A stretch of DNA of 64,000 nt, taken from positions 2,976,001 through 3,040,000 of the forward strand of contig OY761611.1 of the NCBI GenBank assembly GCA_963664875.1. The letters run 5' to 3'. The position numbers and the translations under genes are program-made. This document shows positions 58,359 through 64,000 of this stretch, in pieces; the first letter of the stretch is position 1; the number at the start of each line of letters is the position of its first letter. Below the pieces are notes generated by a model. That model saw nothing but the letters and a program-made list of their open reading frames with translations, was not told the origin of the DNA and made no database searches. The stretch is from Candidatus Kapaibacterium sp. (GTDB taxonomy: Bacteria > Bacteroidota > Ignavibacteria > Kapaibacteriales > UBA2268).

Positions 58359-59363
58359 TTATTTTATTTCCTCGAAAGCGATTATAGTCCAGGATAACTC
58401 ATCTATTGATTTGGCAACTGCTATATATTCACTGTTTTTAGTCACGAGCTTTACTTCCCGTTCGCCTTTTTCCAAAATTGATTTTGCCATCTCCCTTACG
58501 TTTTTTTCTTTGCTTTTAAGCAGATTGTAGTTGTCTCTTCTGTAAGTATCCATCTTAATAGTCTCGATATATCTGTGATCTTTCAGAGGAGGTAGAGAAA
58601 GTAAGTTAATCGAGAAGTCTTTTGCAGTAACTATTACACTGTGCTTATCTACAATCACAATGTTTTGATCGCTTTCATCGAGGAACTGCTCAGTCAATGT
58701 GTTAGTAGTGATATCAATACCGGGTACTCCGACGAACTTATCATCAACATATACGGGAGCGATAGCACTAACCATCCAGCCTCTTCCGGCAGGATCTACG
58801 TATGCCTCTTTGACCCAAACAGCTTCTTTTTTGGGATTATGCTCAGCGTCTGCCATATAATAAAAATTAAATTCGGAGATATTAAGAGCAGGTTCGTACT
58901 GAGCTAAAACATCCATGAAAGGATAAATCCTGTTATAGTTATTACAATCATTATAATAGACCTGCGAAACAGCGTCGTAGTGATTAGTTATGCGTTTAAG
59001 TTCGCTGTCAATAGGTTCGGTAAAGTAAACAATTTGCTTTACTTCACTGTTTTCTTTTTTTGCAGCTGATACATAGACAGCAGCCCCACCATTATCTTTA
59101 GGTCGGTAAAAAACACCGGTATTAGCAAGCATATATTGGGATTTGTCGATAGTCGGCAAAATACTGTCTTTTTTGAGGTATAGATTTTGAATTATGGTTG
59201 CCAAATTTTTTACTTCCAATCGAATCTGTTGAAGCTCGTTATTTATTTTTTGAGCTTTGACATCAATTTTATTTTTAGTCGGAGTCAGATCAGGCATTTT
59301 GTTTTCTTCATTGCATGCAATAAGGAAGGCAAAAACTGTGAAGAAGAGGATTGATTTTAGCAT
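58359..59363 (-). CDS. Stand-alone dCache-domain lipoprotein
   Basis: Lipobox FLIAC; YYMAD...WVKEAYVDPAGRGWMVSAIAPVY...GVPGIDI, WTIIA; no TM or output domain. Confidence 0.8.
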   Translation of the reverse strand: MLKSILFFTVFAFLIACNEENKMPDLTPTKNKIDVKAQKINNELQQIRLEVKNLATIIQNLYLKKDSILPTIDKSQYMLANTGVFYRPKDNGGAAVYVSAAKKENSEVKQIVYFTEPIDSELKRITNHYDAVSQVYYNDCNNYNRIYPFMDVLAQYEPALNISEFNFYYMADAEHNPKKEAVWVKEAYVDPAGRGWMVSAIAPVYVDDKFVGVPGIDITTNTLTEQFLDESDQNIVIVDKHSVIVTAKDFSINLLSLPPLKDHRYIETIKMDTYRRDNYNLLKSKEKNVREMAKSILEKGEREVKLVTKNSEYIAVAKSIDELSWTIIAFEEIK

Positions 59364-59563
59364 TGAGTCAGCCTTTAAAATATTATAAAAATCCTATATA
59401 TGTAAAAGCAAAAACAAAGGATTTATTTTATATAAATAAGTAGAACTTTTCAATATTTTCAATAATAGGATAGGTATTGCGTGTTAGAAATATTATTTTT
59501 GCATTGTAGATAGAGTGCGATTAATTGTTTAGCTTATATAAATAAATAGTAAGGATTTTCGAA

Positions 59564-60967
59564 ATGAATAATCACTCTTGCGACGTAGTAGTATTGGGAG
59601 CCGGCCCTGGCGGGTATGTGGCTGCTATCAGAGCATCACAGCTTGGACTAAAAACTATCTGCGTAGAAAAAGCAGACCTTGGTGGAGTTTGTCTTAACTG
59701 GGGTTGCATACCGACAAAAGCATTACTGAAAAATGCGGAATATATGCACTTTTTAAATCATTCATCAGATTTTGGCTTTACAGTGTCTAACGTAGAAGTT
59801 GATTTCTCTAAAGTTATCAAAAGAAGCCGCGACGTTTCAGGTCAGATGTCAAAAGGTGTAGGATTTTTGCTTAAAAAATATAACGTAGAGCATGTAAAGG
59901 GGCATGGTACAATCAAGCCCGGTAAAAAAATAGAAATTACAAATAAGGACGGCGAAGTTACTGATGTAATTGAAGCTAAAAACATTATCATTGCTACAGG
60001 AGCTCGCCCTCGCATGTTCCCCGGCATTGAAGTTGACCACAAAAAAATCATTACCAGCAAAGAAGCTCTTATACAGCCAAAAGCTCCAAAATCTATGATT
60101 ATTATGGGTGCTGGTGCTATTGGTGTAGAATTTGCTTATTTCTTCAACGCATTTGGTGCGGAAGTTACTATCATAGAAATGCAGGACAGATTGCTTCCGG
60201 TCGAAGATAAAGACGTCTCAAAAGAGCTTGAAAGACATTACAGAAAAGATAAAATCAAAATTATGACTTCTACCCGAGTTTTGTCTGCTAAACCTACAGC
60301 GGACGGTGTAGAAATTATAGTAGAGAACAAAAAAGGCGAAAAAGAAACTCTTACTGCAGAAATCGCATTAAATGCAATTGGAATTCAAGCCAATATTGAA
60401 AATATCGGATTGGAAAATGCAGGCATTGAATTGGATAGAGGCTTTATCAAAATCAATGAAAAAATGCAGACTAATATAGAAGGTATTTATGCAATCGGCG
60501 ATGTGGCAGGTCCTCCTTGGTTGGCTCACAAAGCTTCTGCTGAAGGCATAGCTACGGCTGAGATAATAGCAGGCGAAAGAGACCACGGTATCGACTATGG
60601 CAACATACCGGGCTGTACATATTGCAATCCGCAGGTAGCTTCAGTTGGTTTGACTGAAGAACAGGCAAAAGAGAAGGGATATGAAGTCAAAGTTGGCAAA
60701 TTCCCATTCACTGCAAGTGGCAAAGCACACGGCATTGGCGAAGCAAAAGGCTTTGTGAAGATGGTGTTTGATGCAAAATACGGCGAAGTGCTTGGTGCTC
60801 ACATGATTGGCCCTGATGTAACTGAGATGATAGGGGAAATCGGCTTGGCACGCTCACTTGATGCTACTGCTGAGACAATCTATCACACAATCCATGCCCA
60901 TCCTACATTGAGCGAAGCAATAATGGAAGCAGCTGCACAGGCTTATGGTGAAGCTGTTAATATTTAA
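59564..60967 (+). CDS. lpdA: Dihydrolipoyl dehydrogenase (E3)
   Basis: GAGPGGYVAAIRA, GGVCLNWGCIPTKAL, LAHKAS, HAHPTLSE. Confidence 0.96.
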   Translation: MNNHSCDVVVLGAGPGGYVAAIRASQLGLKTICVEKADLGGVCLNWGCIPTKALLKNAEYMHFLNHSSDFGFTVSNVEVDFSKVIKRSRDVSGQMSKGVGFLLKKYNVEHVKGHGTIKPGKKIEITNKDGEVTDVIEAKNIIIATGARPRMFPGIEVDHKKIITSKEALIQPKAPKSMIIMGAGAIGVEFAYFFNAFGAEVTIIEMQDRLLPVEDKDVSKELERHYRKDKIKIMTSTRVLSAKPTADGVEIIVENKKGEKETLTAEIALNAIGIQANIENIGLENAGIELDRGFIKINEKMQTNIEGIYAIGDVAGPPWLAHKASAEGIATAEIIAGERDHGIDYGNIPGCTYCNPQVASVGLTEEQAKEKGYEVKVGKFPFTASGKAHGIGEAKGFVKMVFDAKYGEVLGAHMIGPDVTEMIGEIGLARSLDATAETIYHTIHAHPTLSEAIMEAAAQAYGEAVNI

Positions 60968-60999
60968 TATTTCGCAATTGTTTGATGTATAAAGAAATT

Positions 61000-61033
61000 A
61001 AAGTGCTGCATAGTTGCTATGTGGCACTTTTTT
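61000..61033 (+). terminator. Intrinsic terminator after lpdA
   Basis: AAAGTGCTGCATAG-TTG-CTATGTGGCACTTT followed by more Ts. Confidence 0.85.
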
Positions 61034-61079
61034 AAAAATTATATTTGCATTTGTTATAGAAAACTACTTATATTTGTAA

Positions 61080-61138
61080 CTCTTTTTAAAAGCATCAGAT
61101 GCTATGTGAGTTGCACTACAAGCAGACTCATAAAAGAG
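61080..61138 (+). ncRNA. Candidate 59-nt structured small RNA with its own promoter
   Basis: Three-way junction CTCTTTT/AAAAGAG, AGCAT/ATGCT, TGAGT-TGC/GCA-G-ACTCA, directly after TTGCAT-N18-TATATTTG. Confidence 0.35.
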
Positions 61139-61243
61139 AAAACAAAAAAAAATCAAGAGTTCTTAAAAAAGGTATGTTTTTTGCTTGCATAAATCGAGAA
61201 AAAAACTTATTTTTGAATTGTTCTTTTGAGGGCAAAACTAAAT

Positions 61244-61316
61244 GCGAGAATAGCTCAGTTGGTAGAGCACAACCTTGCCAAGGTTGGGGTCGCGAGTTCG
61301 AGTCTCGTTTCTCGCT
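61244..61316 (+). tRNA. tRNA-Gly(GCC), CCA not encoded
   Basis: Full cloverleaf GCGAGAA...CAACC-TTGCCAA-GGTTG...TTCGAGT...TTCTCGC-T; promoter TTGCAT-N17-TATTTT upstream. Confidence 0.97.
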
Positions 61317-61408
61317 CTGAAAAAATCTTTTTGCAAAAGTAAAATTTTGCTTGCAGGTTTTAAAAGTTTTTTGTAATTTGAATATACTTCTTTAATAAAG
61401 AAAGTAAT

Positions 61409-61481
61409 GCGAGAATAGCTCAGTTGGTAGAGCACAACCTTGCCAAGGTTGGGGTCGCGAGTTCGAGTCTCGTTTCTCGCT
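61409..61481 (+). tRNA. tRNA-Gly(GCC), identical second copy
   Basis: Identical to 61244..61316; own promoter TTGCAG-N17-TAATTT. Confidence 0.97.
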
Positions 61482-61516
61482 CGACGACGTAAGTCGTTTC
61501 TTCCTCTTTATGCTGC

Positions 61517-61558
61517 ATGCCTTGCCGACATTCCCCCCGTTGGTAGGGCATTTTTTTT
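61517..61558 (+). terminator. Intrinsic terminator after the tRNA pair
   Basis: ATGCCTTGCCGAC...GTTGGTAGGGCAT followed by a T-run. Confidence 0.85.
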
Positions 61559-61736
61559 GTCTTGTCTTATAAATCAGGTTGTTACAAGGTCTTAACGATG
61601 AGTTTTACTAATTGGATAGCTCATATTTGTTTATCCATACTCTTAAAAAGATAAATGATTAGAATTGAAGCTAGAAAATTGTATTTGAATTTTGTAAATT
61701 ATTAAACATTTGCATATATTGAGTTGTGTCATTTTC

Positions 61737-62609
61737 ATGGAGCATGATTTGAAACAACTATTTGATGAAACGATACATAATATTCTTGATAAAAGATTAT
61801 TAGAACTCGAAGACCATTTCGATTCTGACGTATTATTCTATTATGGTGAGATATACTCTTCTCTTGAAAAAGAGTTCCGCAATTTGATAGAACAATTAAA
61901 AAAAGACTCAAATATTAGGAAGCGGCTGACAATTATTCTCAATACTCCGGGTGGTAGTGCTGAAACTGTTGAAAAATTGGTTAATGTAATTCGTTTCCAC
62001 TACGAAGAGATTTATTTTATTGTCCCTGATTATGCAATGTCTGCCGGAACAATTTTTTGCATGGCAGGCGATAAAATTTTCATGGATTATACTTCCTCTC
62101 TTGGTCCAATTGATCCACAAATTTTCAATGGTAAGAGTTGGGTTCCAGCATTAGGTTATTTAGATCAAGTAAATAAACTTATTAAGAAATCTGCTGACGG
62201 AGTATTAACTGAAGCAGAGTTTCTTATCCTTAGAGAAATAGATTTAGCTGAATTAAGAAGTTTTGAAATGGCACGTGATTTAACCGTAACGCTACTAAAG
62301 GACTGGTTAGTTAAGTATAAGTTTAAGAATTGGACTAAACATAGGAGTAATAAAAAACCGGTAACTGATAAAGAGAAACAAGACAGAGCTGAAGAAATTG
62401 CGAAGAAATTAGGTGATAATACTATTTGGCAATCACATGGTAGAACAATCAATATAGATACTTTGAAAAATTTTCTTAAATTAGAAATTGAAGATTATTC
62501 AAATGATGCAAACAGAACAAATTTAATCCGACAATATAACGACCTAATAACGGAATATATCTTACGTCATAGATTTAGTGCTTTCAAACATACAAGAAAA
62601 TACTTTTAG
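61737..62609 (+). CDS. SDH-family Clp/crotonase-fold serine proteinase
   Basis: LNTPGG, YAMSAGT (Ser), SLGPIDPQ (Asp), WQSHGR (His); start taken at MEHDL. Confidence 0.85.
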   Translation: MEHDLKQLFDETIHNILDKRLLELEDHFDSDVLFYYGEIYSSLEKEFRNLIEQLKKDSNIRKRLTIILNTPGGSAETVEKLVNVIRFHYEEIYFIVPDYAMSAGTIFCMAGDKIFMDYTSSLGPIDPQIFNGKSWVPALGYLDQVNKLIKKSADGVLTEAEFLILREIDLAELRSFEMARDLTVTLLKDWLVKYKFKNWTKHRSNKKPVTDKEKQDRAEEIAKKLGDNTIWQSHGRTINIDTLKNFLKLEIEDYSNDANRTNLIRQYNDLITEYILRHRFSAFKHTRKYF

Positions 62610-62629
62610 TCAATGAAGGACTATCAAAA

Positions 62630-62824
62630 ATGCAAGAAACCAAAAATATAGAAGCAATACTAGCAAAGGAATCAAAGACTTTTCAGCATGGAAGACTTAT
62701 TAATAGTGAGTTTATCAAAAAGATAAGTAAAATGAAACTATCTCCAAAAAAATCAAACTACAGTTTGCCTTTGAAAGATACAATTGGTCGCAATCACTAC
62801 GATAATACTGCTACTGCAAAATAG
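62630..62824 (+). CDS. Small basic hypothetical protein co-transcribed with the protease
   Basis: 64-aa ORF 20 nt after the protease stop, AAGGA SD, followed by a terminator. Confidence 0.6.
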   Translation: MQETKNIEAILAKESKTFQHGRLINSEFIKKISKMKLSPKKSNYSLPLKDTIGRNHYDNTATAK

Positions 62825-62832
62825 ATTTTTAG

Positions 62833-62865
62833 AGAGCCAAAGCAAAATGTTTTGGCTTTTTTTTT
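62833..62865 (+). terminator. Intrinsic terminator
   Basis: AGAGCCAAAGCA-AAA-TGTTTTGGCTTT followed by a T-run. Confidence 0.8.
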
Positions 62866-62931
62866 CTCTCCTACCCTATTTCTTTCCTTTATACGTAAAT
62901 TTGTATCATTGCAAATTTGAAATATCAAGAT

Positions 62932-64000
62932 ATGAAATACAAAAAAATACAGATAAAAGTGCCGACTGATTATACAAAAGAGCAGTTGGAAAAGAAAATC
63001 AGACAGGAAGTTAAAACTTCTGAGTTTGAGTATAGCATTGACAAAAAAAGCTTAGATGCCCGAAATAAGAGAAGTATTCACTGGCAGATGACTGTACTTG
63101 TAAAGTCTGATGCTATTAAAGATGGAGAGCTCTACGAAGAGCAACATTTAGAAATTCCTAAGCTAAATACTCAGAAGAAGGTTCTTGTTGTAGGTAGCGG
63201 ACCGGCAGGATTTTTTGCGGGCTATGTGCTCCAAAAAGCAGGCTTTGAGGTTACTCTTATCGAACAAGGCAAGAAAGTTCGGGACAGGCATAAAGATATT
63301 TTGAGTTTTGAGAAAACGGGTGAGCTTGTTGAGAACAGCAATTATGGTTTTGGTGAAGGTGGTGCAGGAACTTTTTCTGATGGTAAACTGACGTCAAGAA
63401 CTAAGTCTATTTCTTTAGAGAAGCAGTTTGTTTTTGATGAATATGTAAAAGCAGGAGCTCCCGAAGAAATTAAGTTTTTGGCTCATCCACATATCGGAAG
63501 TGATATTTTAAGAACGGTAGTTACAAATCTCCGCAAGCAGTTTGAAGAAGATGGCGGCAAGATATTATTTTCGACAAAGTTGCTGAATATTGAAAAAGCA
63601 GGTCGTGATATTATCAAAGCGGAAACGAGTGCCGGAACTATAGATGCTGATTATTTCGTTATTGCGCCGGGGCACTCCTCTTACGAAACTTATAAAATGC
63701 TTATTCGCAACGGTGTTCTTTTTAGGACTAAGGGCTTTGCTATTGGCGCGAGAGCTGAGCATAGGCAAGAGCTTATAAATACCTCTCAGTGGGGCTTTAA
63801 ACAGCTTCAGGGCGTAAAAGCAGCAGAGTACAGACTGACTTCTAAAAGCAAAGAAGGTTCTGCCTTTACATTTTGTATGTGTCCGGGCGGAATGGTTGTT
63901 CCGGCGGCGACACATGAAGGCATGAATATAGTAAACGGTATGAGCAATTATAAAAGGAACTCCCCTTATGCAAATGCTGCTGTAGTGGCAAGTCTTAACT
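62932..64000 (+). CDS. FAD-dependent oxidoreductase (COG2509-type), runs off the window edge; absent from the ORF track
   Basis: MKYKKIQIK...KKSLDAR...VVGSGPAGFFA...FGEGGAGTFSDGKL...AHPHIGSD...FCMCPGG...VNGMS. Confidence 0.9.
   Translation, partial: MKYKKIQIKVPTDYTKEQLEKKIRQEVKTSEFEYSIDKKSLDARNKRSIHWQMTVLVKSDAIKDGELYEEQHLEIPKLNTQKKVLVVGSGPAGFFAGYVLQKAGFEVTLIEQGKKVRDRHKDILSFEKTGELVENSNYGFGEGGAGTFSDGKLTSRTKSISLEKQFVFDEYVKAGAPEEIKFLAHPHIGSDILRTVVTNLRKQFEEDGGKILFSTKLLNIEKAGRDIIKAETSAGTIDADYFVIAPGHSSYETYKMLIRNGVLFRTKGFAIGARAEHRQELINTSQWGFKQLQGVKAAEYRLTSKSKEGSAFTFCMCPGGMVVPAATHEGMNIVNGMSNYKRNSPYANAAVVASLN

Noticed and set aside
61099-61435. ORFs 61099..61320 and 61238..61435
   Set aside because: Translations across tRNA genes
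62861-62872. Possible attR duplication of the tRNA-Gly 3' end closing the protease cassette
   Set aside because: Only TTTCTC matches within a T-run; too short to support
2195-63915. Numerous 60-170 aa antisense or overlapping ORFs (for example 2903..3217, 29576..30058, 37135..37443, 53483..54007, 63565..63915)
   Set aside because: Shadows of well-supported genes; no motifs or SD support
1-64000. CRISPR array, cas genes, transposases, integrases, reverse transcriptase/DGR
   Set aside because: No regularly spaced repeat-spacer array or such coding motifs seen; the only long exact repeats noticed are the 29-bp pair and the two tRNAs

Overview
AT-rich bacterial chromosomal segment from the FCB group. 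T9SS C-terminal domain, DUF5686 OMP and TAnnTTTG-type promoters suggest a Kapabacteria/Ignavibacteria-like organism (inference). About 50 genes: housekeeping (nusB, nadK, lgt, lpdA, two tRNA-Gly(GCC)), much PAS/Cache signalling, outer-membrane barrels, glycosyltransferases, and two giant secreted proteins (1533 and 2120 aa). No CRISPR array, transposase or integrase was seen. Most notable unannotated signals: (i) a ~130-nt rod-shaped, G-U-rich candidate 6S-like RNA upstream of nadK whose 3' arm is itself a sigma54 -24/-12 sequence; (ii) six intergenic sigma54-type boxes, five with a non-canonical -12, several overlapped by hairpins or palindromes; (iii) a giant surface-protein operon with cohesin-like plus dockerin-like modules and patchwork codon usage; (iv) a membrane protein ending in a GldL/PorL-like helix pair; (v) a 2-kb insert bounded by a 29-bp direct repeat; (vi) a 59-nt structured unit with its own promoter before the tRNAs, and a Clp-fold protease plus small-protein cassette after them. 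All family calls come from motif recognition by eye; no searches were run.
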